From a virus: a DNA stretch of 64,000 nt. The notes under the pieces are model-generated. The model ran no database searches, had not been told where the DNA came from, and was given only the letters and a program-made list of their open reading frames with translations. Below, piece by piece: positions 45,221 to 55,788 of the stretch. Location: IMG/VR virus record IMGVR_UViG_3300030419_007641, positions 32,001 through 96,000 of that record, one strand, 5' to 3'. Made by a program: the position numbers and the translations under genes. Numbering within the stretch: the stretch's first letter is position 1; each line of letters begins with the position of its first letter.

Positions 45221-47065
45221 ATGCCTACACCTACTAACACATCAAACGATTTTTTAGACTATAATCTTCCGCAAAACGCTTATGCTGCATTTGATGCTAT
45301 AAGCTTAAAAAGTTATATTGTCGATAGATTAAACAAAAATGAAAAATTTACAGATCAAAATTTTGACGCAAGTAACTTAGCAGCTATTATCGATATTATA
45401 GCTTATTCGTACCATGTGCTCCTCTTCTACTTAAACAATACAGCTACAGAGGTGAATTTTGATCAGGCTAGTTTATATGAAAATATGAACAGAATTGTAA
45501 AGCTCATAGGTTATAAACCCGCAGGTAAGCAGACCTCTCTTGTTCCTATTGAATGTACTGGCTCGGTAAATTTACCAATTAACAATTATACTATACGTAA
45601 GTATTCTTACTTTTTAGTAGATAATATACAGTATACGTTTTTAAATGATGTTTCTTTTAGTAAGACAGTAGCAGGGTCTGAAAATATTACTTCTATTAAC
45701 GATAGTGTAGTCCTATACCAAGGATCGGTAGCAGAATATCCAAGTTACACCGCGCAAGGAGAAATTTTTGAAGTGTTACCCATTGTAGTAGACAATATTG
45801 TAAATTCAGATGATGCTAAATTTATAGCTGATAATACAATAAGTGTTAATGTATTGGAAACGGACTCAGGGTTATATCATGAGTATAGAGAAGTTGATAA
45901 TTTATTTCTTTCAACATCTAACGAAAGAGTATTTGAAAAAAGATTAAATGAAAATGGTCATTATGAAATTAAATTCGGTGACGGCATTTTTGGAAAGCGG
46001 CTCGGTGAGGGAGATACAGTAGCAGTGAGTTACATATTGTCAGATAATAAAAGAGGTGTTATAAATAAAAACGCTTTAGCTGGTAAAAAACTATTTGTGT
46101 ACGAGTCTTCGAGACAGAGGGCAATATTTAACGATACATACCTAAATAAAGATCAAACTACTTTTATTACTGCTAACAATAGCTCAGAATTAACTTTTAA
46201 TAACCCGTTAGATTCTTCTTCTCTTACTGACGAGGAGACAGTACAACAAATAAGGGAAAATGCTCCTAAAGTATTTTCATCACAACTTAGGTTAGTAACA
46301 GAAAGTGATTATGAGGCACTTATACATAAGAACTTATCTCATGTGGTAGGTAGTGCAAAGGTTGTAGGTAATGACACGTATATGAATGAGTATATACAAT
46401 ATTTTTATAATATTGGCGTAAATCCTAACAAAGTAAATCGTGTACTAATTAATCAAGTAAATTTTGCTAGCTCGTGTGACTTTAACAATATTAACATTTT
46501 TGTAGCACCAAAATTCGTAATTAATGAAGATCGATCTTATCCGCCATATGTAAGTAACTCATTTAAAAATCTTATACTAGAATTGACAGAAGATAAAAAA
46601 ATGATATCTAATGAAGTGGTCCCAAGAGATCCTGTTTACATGGCTTACGGGCTCGGTGTAAACAGTAATACTGATCGAGGCCTAAAATTATCTATACTAG
46701 ATAACACACAGCTATGTATTGTACGTAAAAATACAAACAAGATAAACAAAAATACAATAAAGGCTCAGGTAGTTGATATTATAAGAACATTTTTTGACCC
46801 TAATAACAACGAATTAGGTCAAAATATAAGTTTAACTAACTTAACAAATACTATTTTATCGATTGAGGGTGTTGAAAGGATATACACACACAATACAACC
46901 GACAATACATCTTATGATGGTATTTCCTTTTTATCATTTAATCCCCTATACCCGGACAGCGATATGCAAATAGTAACCCAGGACGATACACTTCCATTTT
47001 TTAAATTTCCATATTTGTATGCTCCGTTGTCTATCTCAAACCGAATAGCTATAAAAGATGAATAA
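45221..47065 (+). CDS. gp6: baseplate wedge gp6-like
   Basis: F.DQNFDASNL..IIDIIAY; IKFGDGIFGK; ET..QIR.NAP..FSSQ.R.VT..DYE. Confidence 0.9.
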   Translation: MPTPTNTSNDFLDYNLPQNAYAAFDAISLKSYIVDRLNKNEKFTDQNFDASNLAAIIDIIAYSYHVLLFYLNNTATEVNFDQASLYENMNRIVKLIGYKPAGKQTSLVPIECTGSVNLPINNYTIRKYSYFLVDNIQYTFLNDVSFSKTVAGSENITSINDSVVLYQGSVAEYPSYTAQGEIFEVLPIVVDNIVNSDDAKFIADNTISVNVLETDSGLYHEYREVDNLFLSTSNERVFEKRLNENGHYEIKFGDGIFGKRLGEGDTVAVSYILSDNKRGVINKNALAGKKLFVYESSRQRAIFNDTYLNKDQTTFITANNSSELTFNNPLDSSSLTDEETVQQIRENAPKVFSSQLRLVTESDYEALIHKNLSHVVGSAKVVGNDTYMNEYIQYFYNIGVNPNKVNRVLINQVNFASSCDFNNINIFVAPKFVINEDRSYPPYVSNSFKNLILELTEDKKMISNEVVPRDPVYMAYGLGVNSNTDRGLKLSILDNTQLCIVRKNTNKINKNTIKAQVVDIIRTFFDPNNNELGQNISLTNLTNTILSIEGVERIYTHNTTDNTSYDGISFLSFNPLYPDSDMQIVTQDDTLPFFKFPYLYAPLSISNRIAIKDE

Positions 47066-49295
47066 TATAGTCACAGACTATGTCACTTTTGACGTTCTAG
47101 ATTATAAAAATGAATCCCCTATAACTAATCGCGGGGATATTCTTTCTACTTATAATCTTCCTATCACCCCGCTCTTATTTAAAGCAAAAATTCCTCGATC
47201 ATCAGACGTAGAGGCTGTTGGGTTAGATTTAAGTAAAGTTCAATTTGATTTCGGAGACGGTACAATTGCCAACGGAGCGTCTGCTTCACACATATACCAA
47301 TATCCTGGGCAATATACCGTAAAAATGGTATTAAGAGATATTCATAACAATGCAGTACTGGGCTCTTTGAGCGGTGGGATTAAAGTATTAGATTATATTG
47401 AAGATTCGTTTGATATAAAATTTGATGACCCTACTACCGGTGCTGACGGGGGTGGATATGACGGGGTAGGTCATCTTAGTAATTTAAATTTATCTGCTGG
47501 TGAGTTTTCCGACCCGTTAAGTGCTACCTCACAGGTACCTTTTTATCTAAACATTGAAGATATATATTTTAGCCTATCAGGTGACAAATATGATAATTAT
47601 TTTAATTTAGAAAAAAATAAATTTAATCACTTTAAAACTTACTCTTCATTTTATACAAAAAATACCTTATCTAATCTTTCTGCAGTTGAATATAATGAAA
47701 TTAAAACAATAAGTTTGACCGGTGAATTTATATACGTAAAACTTTCTAGCTATGGGACAGATCTAAGCGCCGTTAAAATAGTAACGTCTAATCGAAATGA
47801 TGATTCTTCAATCATAGCAGGTACCTCTGGACAAAATATTGTATATTTTAAAACAGAAGAGCAGAGTAACCCTATATATCTTTCCTTTTTTAAAAATCCT
47901 GATGTTATTCATTCTACAAGTGTTAAAAAGACTAACAATACAGATTACCCCACTAATTTTAACATAACCCTTTCTACTTTTGTTGGCTCAACGTCAGCTC
48001 AAACGCTTAGCAATATACAAATTACTAGTAATGGGTTAGGTGGTGATAAAGATGAATTTAATTCTTTTCCTATTAATTCTGTACAATTTAAGGGGGTAGG
48101 TATACCTCTTGTTTTAAATCCTAAAAACACAAACAATTATACAGTAAAGGCTTTGTCAGCTAGCTATCCGTTCTTTAAAGTTCTTTCTGGTAGTGATACC
48201 TTTACGCACCCGCTCTGTGTTGTCGCGGATCACAATTACACTATTACTAGCATTAATCAACCTGTATCAACATTCAATACTGATTTTGCTGGTCGCTTCC
48301 TACTAACCTTTAATGATAATGTATCATCAACTGCTACTGTTATAAGATTGAGCGCAAGTAATGACTATGCATTTGCTTCTACAATAACTAATTTAACCGG
48401 TTCAACGCCACCCTTAACTTGCTTCCCTAAAGACTTCTATGCAATGAGTAAGCACAACGAGGATTTTGGCTTCGAAGAAATGTATGACGATTTGCGTTTT
48501 CAAGAAGCACTATCAGATAAAGACGAGTTTTTTACAGATTTGTTAGGTACTATAGTCGGCAATGTCAGTAGTAGTCACAACACTCTAGGAAAGAAAATTT
48601 GGGAAAAATGTTTTAATTTTGTACCGAATAATAATGATATAGATGACTGTAGCATTGATAGTTTAATTAATTTAGCTAATATGGTAGATGCTGATGCTTT
48701 GGTATTTGATGGATCTAATAATTTAACTCCTCCAGAAATTGAAAGAGTTATTAGCATTTTAAGTGCAAACTACAATAGGCTTAGAGGTACAGAAAATACA
48801 TTTAGTGAAAATTTTGCTAATATGGGGCAAATCACAAAAGACACATATGGAAAAAATTTAAGTAGCGACAAGTTAGACACATACACTTATGTTGTTACTG
48901 CGGGGACAGATATAGTAGCATACGAAAAATTTAGCGGTCTATATACAAAATTAAATACATATCAACCTTTATGCAGTGTTGAGTTACGCGATGGCTCGAC
49001 TAACCAATATGCTTTTAGTGGTATAGGATCTGAAAGCCCGCAAGGATCTGCATGGGGGTGGCCACTTACCTTGCCTGTAATTTACGATATAGGGACTGTA
49101 AACGACAATTATAATTTTTACCCATATAGCAGCGTGTATGAGGGTACAATAGTAGGTGGGATAATTGACTTTACTAACCCCTTGACAACTCTGAGCTTTA
49201 ATGAGCCATTGAGTACTATGAGAGGGAATGAAAAAATTGACGATATAATGATTAGGAATACGCTATATAGTAGTCTATCATTATTTCCAGCTTAA
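47058..49295 (+). CDS. baseplate structural protein with PKD-like domain
   Basis: FDFGDGT...SHIYQYPGQYTV; position after gp6. Confidence 0.7.
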   Translation: MNNIVTDYVTFDVLDYKNESPITNRGDILSTYNLPITPLLFKAKIPRSSDVEAVGLDLSKVQFDFGDGTIANGASASHIYQYPGQYTVKMVLRDIHNNAVLGSLSGGIKVLDYIEDSFDIKFDDPTTGADGGGYDGVGHLSNLNLSAGEFSDPLSATSQVPFYLNIEDIYFSLSGDKYDNYFNLEKNKFNHFKTYSSFYTKNTLSNLSAVEYNEIKTISLTGEFIYVKLSSYGTDLSAVKIVTSNRNDDSSIIAGTSGQNIVYFKTEEQSNPIYLSFFKNPDVIHSTSVKKTNNTDYPTNFNITLSTFVGSTSAQTLSNIQITSNGLGGDKDEFNSFPINSVQFKGVGIPLVLNPKNTNNYTVKALSASYPFFKVLSGSDTFTHPLCVVADHNYTITSINQPVSTFNTDFAGRFLLTFNDNVSSTATVIRLSASNDYAFASTITNLTGSTPPLTCFPKDFYAMSKHNEDFGFEEMYDDLRFQEALSDKDEFFTDLLGTIVGNVSSSHNTLGKKIWEKCFNFVPNNNDIDDCSIDSLINLANMVDADALVFDGSNNLTPPEIERVISILSANYNRLRGTENTFSENFANMGQITKDTYGKNLSSDKLDTYTYVVTAGTDIVAYEKFSGLYTKLNTYQPLCSVELRDGSTNQYAFSGIGSESPQGSAWGWPLTLPVIYDIGTVNDNYNFYPYSSVYEGTIVGGIIDFTNPLTTLSFNEPLSTMRGNEKIDDIMIRNTLYSSLSLFPA

Positions 49296-49304
49296 ATATA
49301 CTTA

Positions 49305-52175
49305 ATGGGTAACATTATTAAAGGATATCCTCAAGTAAGTCGCTCTATAACAAATCCTAATGTTAATAGAGACGATGCACTAGATAAATTTAAACCTTTC
49401 TCATTTTTAAATTTTATTAAAAATGTTGAAGAGTCTTTTGCACCAGACACGTTACAGGATTTTTACACAACTTACGTAAATAGATGGAGTAAAATATCTA
49501 CCAACAAAACTGCTTCTAACAATGAATTAATTATCGAGAGATATAAGGATTTTTTGAAGGATATTGCGTTAAATTTTTCTACCAATGCCGAAAAGAAATT
49601 TTTAACGCAAATTGATTTTAATGATAAAGATGATCAAAGAATTATAATATCATATTATAGTAAAAAAATAAGAGATATAATAACATATTATAACAAGAAA
49701 AGAAATTCGTTACATTTTTCTACTGTAAAGAGCAAAGTAAAAGGAACTAATATTAATCTACAGCAAACTGCACGTGAATTAATATTAGACTTTTTAGAAA
49801 ATACAAATACAGGAAATATTGACTATAATATAGAGGCAATAAAAAATAATCTATCGGTTTCTTTAACTGAATATTTTGATAATTACTCTCAATACTTTAA
49901 CCAAGCTCCTAGTAAAAATTATTACGGCAGGAATCAAAAAGGGTATGATAACGCTAGCGATATATTTGTAACTCCTGATATTAATTTAATACAGCGAACA
50001 TATGGCGCTGTAAGTAATGAGCTCACTGCGTTAAAGGAAGGTAATCAACTATTTGAAACTAAGCGCAAGCAAACTGAGAAGTACTCAGGAGCAGATTATT
50101 ACTATCTGAGAACCGATTCTGCGGGTACTCCTACTGTTGGTATATTATTTGAAGCCGAAGCGCCATATAGAAATTTATTAGATCAGAATTTTCCTACTAC
50201 AGCCTCTGTTTTCTCCGACGATATAATAAGTGAAAGAGACTTAGGATTTTTTAGACCTACCAATACTAGTATAGTATCTATACAAGGACAAAGGCTAGAA
50301 TATTTCGAAAAAGAATCATATAAACCAAACCAATTTTACATATTTCCGGATCCGAATTTATTTACTAATAATCATGATATTTTCGCTTTTGTTGTAGATA
50401 CCTCTTTATCTCAAAATAACGAAAGTAAAGGAATAGCAGCTAATCAACCTAATACAGATAAAAACAGCACTTCTGTCATTGGATATAATTCTGAAATTTT
50501 ACAAGAAAGAAATATTAATACAGACTTATCATTTTTATATGATCAAGGATATATAAGTGATAGCAAGAAGGACTTATTTGGAAACATATTTGGAATAATA
50601 AAGGATAACAATTACTATAAAGAGGAATTTATTAATGAAACACCGAAAACCATAAAAAGTCTTATATTTAATGGGTATCAATTTTTTGATGATCTATACG
50701 GTGATGGTTATAATTTCAATTATAGTGTAACAGATTCGACAACATTTCCAGAGACTTTAAGATCGGGAATATCTTCCTTTACGAATGGAATGACTGGTAA
50801 GGGTGAAGGTACGATAAATTCTGACACGCCTGCTAATTGGGCTACATTTCCAGCATCTGCATATAATATTTTCTTTAGATATTTTAATCCTTATCAGGAA
50901 TTATTAGCGCCGTCAAATTTTAAGAAGGTAGATTACGATATTAAGAGAACTATTACAGCTGATGTTAAAGAAGGAGCTTATTTTAAATATACAAATTCTA
51001 GCGACTTAGCAAGTACGGTAAGATCAGGATTATGCTCATTTACCACCTCATTTGAAGATGGAGCCGGGACTTATTACTTTACAGAGCTTATTGAAGGTGG
51101 GGTAGCGCAGTATAATGGTCTTCCTTCAGGGGATGGAAATAAATCAACCATAGTGCGCGCTCTATGTGATGCTGACTACCCGACAATATCTGGTAATATG
51201 ACCCTAAATGTAAGAGCATCCGGTGGGCCTGACTCTAATAATGGAGTTCAAAATATGGACGGGGGTCTATTTACAGATGATATAATTTATAACTATGGTT
51301 CTGATGTAGAAGATTTTACCTATATTGATACTGTATACCTACCCACGGAAACCTTATCTGTATCCCCAGAAAAGGAAAGCTACTTTAGCAAAAATGACCA
51401 TCTCGGAAAAATATATCTTAAAAATATTTCTATTGCACCGTCGTTATCACCAGTTAAGGAGCTAACACAAGCTTTACCATATCTTTCTACCAAATACAAC
51501 ACTACAATTTGTAATGAGCTTTGTACTAAAGTTACAAACTTTGATATTTACAATGGTGATACTCTCTTTATAGAAACAAGCTCTAACTTGGTTATAGAAA
51601 AAACTGTATACGATGATGGGGTATTTGTGAATCCAAACACAGCTGCTATTTCTTTATCACATAGCTCTGATAACTTTAATAAATTGAGTAATAGGGTTAC
51701 TGTAAATAACGAAGTATTTTATTGCAGGCTAGTGTATTCACAAATAGAAAATCTCTGTTCTTTTAGAGTATATCCCGAAATTAGAAAATATAACGACAAA
51801 GATAAAATAAATGAAAGAATATTTCCAACCACTATAAATCCGGTAGTATCATCTACTGCGTACTTTAATAACACCTCATCTAATGTAACATACCTGGAAA
51901 GCAGTAAGCCATTCTTAACTTATAGCAGTGCTAATCAGCTATTTAACTTAGGTTTCTTATTAAAGGATCAAAATAAAACTCCTGTTATATATAACTACCT
52001 ATTTGAGTATACTGATCAAGTAAACTTTTTAAGTACGGATTACTATGAAACCACTGACAATAATTTTACTAATCTTTATGTTAACAATACCGGTGACCTA
52101 GACCTGGAATCATTATCATTTTCTTTATGTGGTAATAACCCTCTTAGCGCCGGTGCAGTCTCCTTAGTACTATGA
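49305..52175 (+). CDS. large virion structural protein
   Basis: 956-aa ORF with late promoter, in the baseplate operon. Confidence 0.7.
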   Translation: MGNIIKGYPQVSRSITNPNVNRDDALDKFKPFSFLNFIKNVEESFAPDTLQDFYTTYVNRWSKISTNKTASNNELIIERYKDFLKDIALNFSTNAEKKFLTQIDFNDKDDQRIIISYYSKKIRDIITYYNKKRNSLHFSTVKSKVKGTNINLQQTARELILDFLENTNTGNIDYNIEAIKNNLSVSLTEYFDNYSQYFNQAPSKNYYGRNQKGYDNASDIFVTPDINLIQRTYGAVSNELTALKEGNQLFETKRKQTEKYSGADYYYLRTDSAGTPTVGILFEAEAPYRNLLDQNFPTTASVFSDDIISERDLGFFRPTNTSIVSIQGQRLEYFEKESYKPNQFYIFPDPNLFTNNHDIFAFVVDTSLSQNNESKGIAANQPNTDKNSTSVIGYNSEILQERNINTDLSFLYDQGYISDSKKDLFGNIFGIIKDNNYYKEEFINETPKTIKSLIFNGYQFFDDLYGDGYNFNYSVTDSTTFPETLRSGISSFTNGMTGKGEGTINSDTPANWATFPASAYNIFFRYFNPYQELLAPSNFKKVDYDIKRTITADVKEGAYFKYTNSSDLASTVRSGLCSFTTSFEDGAGTYYFTELIEGGVAQYNGLPSGDGNKSTIVRALCDADYPTISGNMTLNVRASGGPDSNNGVQNMDGGLFTDDIIYNYGSDVEDFTYIDTVYLPTETLSVSPEKESYFSKNDHLGKIYLKNISIAPSLSPVKELTQALPYLSTKYNTTICNELCTKVTNFDIYNGDTLFIETSSNLVIEKTVYDDGVFVNPNTAAISLSHSSDNFNKLSNRVTVNNEVFYCRLVYSQIENLCSFRVYPEIRKYNDKDKINERIFPTTINPVVSSTAYFNNTSSNVTYLESSKPFLTYSSANQLFNLGFLLKDQNKTPVIYNYLFEYTDQVNFLSTDYYETTDNNFTNLYVNNTGDLDLESLSFSLCGNNPLSAGAVSLVL

Positions 52176-53362
52176 ACACTTATACTTTTAGCGTATCAAC
52201 CACACTGCCCACTGTAGAGCATACTTATAGCACTATAGATCTATTTGACCAGACAAACTTTATTATTGATTTATCTGATGTATATTGTGATGTTTTTCCA
52301 AATTATATTGCATTCAATTGGGGTGACGGATCGTCAGTTGAAGAGCCAGAATTAAGTATATACAAAAATTATAGAACTGATTCTATTTACTCTGAAATTC
52401 TTAAAGGGCCCTCTCCTCTATTTTTAAATAAAAATTATAGCCATATTTATTACCCATCCAATATTGCACTAAACAAATCAGTAACATTGCGAATAAACAT
52501 AGAGTATGTTACCGGAGCTGTTACTAAATTAACTGTACCTGTAAATATAAGAACAGCTGGATATCATGAAAGTGTAGAAGATATGGAGGTTGTAGGTCTA
52601 GACCTGTTAGATAATGACATAAACAGTTCGCGATATACTCTTTTAACTAAAAAAGACAACTACCTTCTTCAAGTAGATAATACGGGGCAGAAAAATGCTC
52701 AATATCCTGATAAGATATCTTGGGATCCTAAATTTTGGGATAAAGGACTATTACCGGGTGGAAAGCATTGGGAATTTCCTGGGAAATTGCCCTTCGGTCT
52801 TAAATTTAAGATACGGTTACCATGGCAGGGTTGGAATCCTGGCCCTGGAAATGATCCATTCTTACTCCCCCCGGAGATAAAGACTCCACCTAGCCCGAAG
52901 ATATACGATCCGGATGCCCCGGGAGGCTGGGGACTACCTGGACCTGGTGGTATTGGGATAAGGCTGCAACCGGTACCAGAAGAGGATGTACGACTTGGTG
53001 GGAAGAACTGCGAAGAAAAAATTGTGTTTCCTAGGGCGTGGAAAAAGAAATTAAGAAGAAATGGGCCAAATAACCGTCGCGGTGAGGTTAATCTCAGGCC
53101 CCGTGGTAAGTGGCCAGGAATTGTTCCGGGGCCTCCAACCGGGGACTGGGAAACCGCTTCTGAAGCTGAGAAGCTTATGACTTTCCCACCTTTCTATCTA
53201 TATCTTTGGATCCTCTGGCGCAAGGGTGAACTTAACTACTTTCAATTACAGCAGTGGGAGCGTTGCGTATATGGTGCGGAAGGTATAAATTCAGGTGAGT
53301 ATCTATTTGAAGAAGGATTGCGACCGAATCTTGCCGATCCGGGCGACTTCTTCGATGACTAA
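52172..53362 (+). CDS. virion protein: PKD-like N-terminus plus GC-rich Pro/Trp/Gly-rich C-terminal module
   Basis: FNWGDGS; composition shifts after about 52700. Confidence 0.7.
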   Translation: MNTYTFSVSTTLPTVEHTYSTIDLFDQTNFIIDLSDVYCDVFPNYIAFNWGDGSSVEEPELSIYKNYRTDSIYSEILKGPSPLFLNKNYSHIYYPSNIALNKSVTLRINIEYVTGAVTKLTVPVNIRTAGYHESVEDMEVVGLDLLDNDINSSRYTLLTKKDNYLLQVDNTGQKNAQYPDKISWDPKFWDKGLLPGGKHWEFPGKLPFGLKFKIRLPWQGWNPGPGNDPFLLPPEIKTPPSPKIYDPDAPGGWGLPGPGGIGIRLQPVPEEDVRLGGKNCEEKIVFPRAWKKKLRRNGPNNRRGEVNLRPRGKWPGIVPGPPTGDWETASEAEKLMTFPPFYLYLWILWRKGELNYFQLQQWERCVYGAEGINSGEYLFEEGLRPNLADPGDFFDD

Positions 53363-53397
53363 GTTATAAACCTTTGAAGTGGGCATAAATATATTCA

Positions 53398-55788
53398 ATG
53401 GGATCATTAGTAAAGTCTAGTTTAAGCGGGTTAAGTTCAAAACCTGCGGATATTAGCCCTAAGGGGCTAGCTTTAAAACAATTTTCTCGTACATTCAACG
53501 GCGGTGGTAATTTAAATTTTGTACACGCGCTATGCGGCGCGCAGGATTTTAAAAATTTAAATTATACTAATTTTTACCTATCTAACAATATTTTATTAGA
53601 TAATGTTGTTACCTATACAGGTGATACTAAGCCTGGAAAAACTACTATATTACCAGAGAAGTTTTTAACGACTTTAAATTTTTGTAATTCCGGAAGCAAT
53701 TATTTAAAATTTCAAAAAGCTTCTAAGGCACCATTTATTCAAACTAATGACACATATAATGCTAAATTTTACGGGTCACCTACATTTACTAATAGTATAA
53801 ATGAAGCTGATAATTTCGAAATTACTATAGTAGATGAATTTACATGTAGAGTAGCATATCTAGTAAATAATTACCGGTATTACTTAGTAGTATCTGATGA
53901 TCCACCTGAACAACATAGTTTAAATGCAAATACAAAATATGTGCTATTTGTCGGTGAAAATAAATTACCTTTAGCCGGAACAAATCTTCAATACAACTTT
54001 ACAACTTATTCAGACGCAAGTTATATAAATCTATATACCACCAAGGATAATGAAAGATATATTTTAGAAAGCTCTGGGCCTCATCTTATAGCAAATAAAA
54101 TATCAGGTGAATCATCTCGTGCAAATGAGTTTTTTATAACTGCAAGAAGTATTAAGCTTAATCAGCAAACTAATATTACTGTTACTAGTCCATACAATAC
54201 TTCATTTGTAACATATAAAACAGAAAATAATGAAATTGATAATTTAAAAAGTGACTTTAATTTAACATCAAACTACCTTCTGTACAGCTCTAGCAACAAT
54301 GATTTTCAAAAATTTAATCTATACAATTTAAAAAATATAGCTAATAATCAAGATGGATTTACATCTTCCAATAATTTGCTATCAACTTCATCCACATCTA
54401 TTTTTGCGAAAAATTTAAGAAATTACACTTCAATTTTTTCTGACATAGATAGTGAAAAAAATGAAGTTTTAGCTTTAAATTATGTGTACAATAATTTTGA
54501 TGTAAGTATATCTCCAGGCACTACTTTTTTCACAACACCCTCTTCACTAAGCCCATTCAAATCAATAAACATAAATGACACAAAATTTGTTGAATGTGGC
54601 GCATTTCCTTTCATGCAACCTTACTTATCTGATAGAGTGTATAGGATAGATGATGAAAGTATATACAGTGAAAATGCTACTTACTTATGTACGTGGTTAT
54701 CCGGTGCACCTGGTACAAGAGGAAAGTGGGTTGATAGATATTACTACCCTAATTACGTAACAAAAGAGGCTGCATTAAATGCAAAGGGTACATACAACCC
54801 TACATATGAAACATATATCGAAAATCTATTAAAAACTAATTCTGATTTAAAAGATTCTGTTGTAGAGAAGCATTTTTTCGATAAAAAGAGTGACATGTTA
54901 TTTGAAAAAAACAAACGGTATCGGTATGAAAGGATTTCAATAGAAGATTTTACAAGATCGATTCCTGCTAATGTTGTCGGGTCAAATTTAACCAACTATT
55001 TTAAGGCTATTAATGATCGTGGTGGATTTGGATTAGGGTTTACAATAACAAATGACCCCGGTGCCGCAGAACCTGGTAAGGGTACCGATTTTATGATTAA
55101 ATCAGCAAGAAATAATATTGACGGGGGGTTAGAAATATTAAAAATAGGAGACGCGATTCGATTTATCTTTAAGGTATTTGATAATTCTAATCAAAAAATT
55201 GCTAGTTTTGTGCATAGCTTCAATATTGATATTTTTGCAAAAAACAATTTGTTTGTAAACTTTAATGCTAAGTCAGGGGTAGGTAATTTATATTTAAATA
55301 GTCAAAATATTTTTACTTTTAATGTTAATAAAGATCAAATGGTTTCGAAATATATACTATTTGGTGATATTAGTTGTAGTATATTAGGTGGTCCCCCAGA
55401 TGTTACAGGTAACGCATATACAACATCTTCACATGATATAGTGCGTGATAGTTCATCATATATTACCAATACATACATTTCACTTGAACCATTAGACGAA
55501 GAAGAAGAAATAATTGTTACTCTACAACAAAATATAGACGGGATACAAAAAATGACCATTTCATTACCCTGTGGAATGAGAAACTTATCTGATACCATTA
55601 CAACCGTTAATTCAATTAATACACCTTTAAAACATAAGAGTAATGTAGTTGATATTAATATTAAAAATTTAAATATACAGGACAATAATATTACTAGAGA
55701 AATTAAAAATAATCTAATAGCTAATATTAGAACAGCTCTACCTAAAACTACAACTATTAATGATATTAATTTTATCGATTATAAATGA
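53398..55788 (+). CDS. large virion structural protein
   Basis: 796-aa ORF with late promoter. Confidence 0.7.
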   Translation: MGSLVKSSLSGLSSKPADISPKGLALKQFSRTFNGGGNLNFVHALCGAQDFKNLNYTNFYLSNNILLDNVVTYTGDTKPGKTTILPEKFLTTLNFCNSGSNYLKFQKASKAPFIQTNDTYNAKFYGSPTFTNSINEADNFEITIVDEFTCRVAYLVNNYRYYLVVSDDPPEQHSLNANTKYVLFVGENKLPLAGTNLQYNFTTYSDASYINLYTTKDNERYILESSGPHLIANKISGESSRANEFFITARSIKLNQQTNITVTSPYNTSFVTYKTENNEIDNLKSDFNLTSNYLLYSSSNNDFQKFNLYNLKNIANNQDGFTSSNNLLSTSSTSIFAKNLRNYTSIFSDIDSEKNEVLALNYVYNNFDVSISPGTTFFTTPSSLSPFKSININDTKFVECGAFPFMQPYLSDRVYRIDDESIYSENATYLCTWLSGAPGTRGKWVDRYYYPNYVTKEAALNAKGTYNPTYETYIENLLKTNSDLKDSVVEKHFFDKKSDMLFEKNKRYRYERISIEDFTRSIPANVVGSNLTNYFKAINDRGGFGLGFTITNDPGAAEPGKGTDFMIKSARNNIDGGLEILKIGDAIRFIFKVFDNSNQKIASFVHSFNIDIFAKNNLFVNFNAKSGVGNLYLNSQNIFTFNVNKDQMVSKYILFGDISCSILGGPPDVTGNAYTTSSHDIVRDSSSYITNTYISLEPLDEEEEIIVTLQQNIDGIQKMTISLPCGMRNLSDTITTVNSINTPLKHKSNVVDINIKNLNIQDNNITREIKNNLIANIRTALPKTTTINDINFIDYK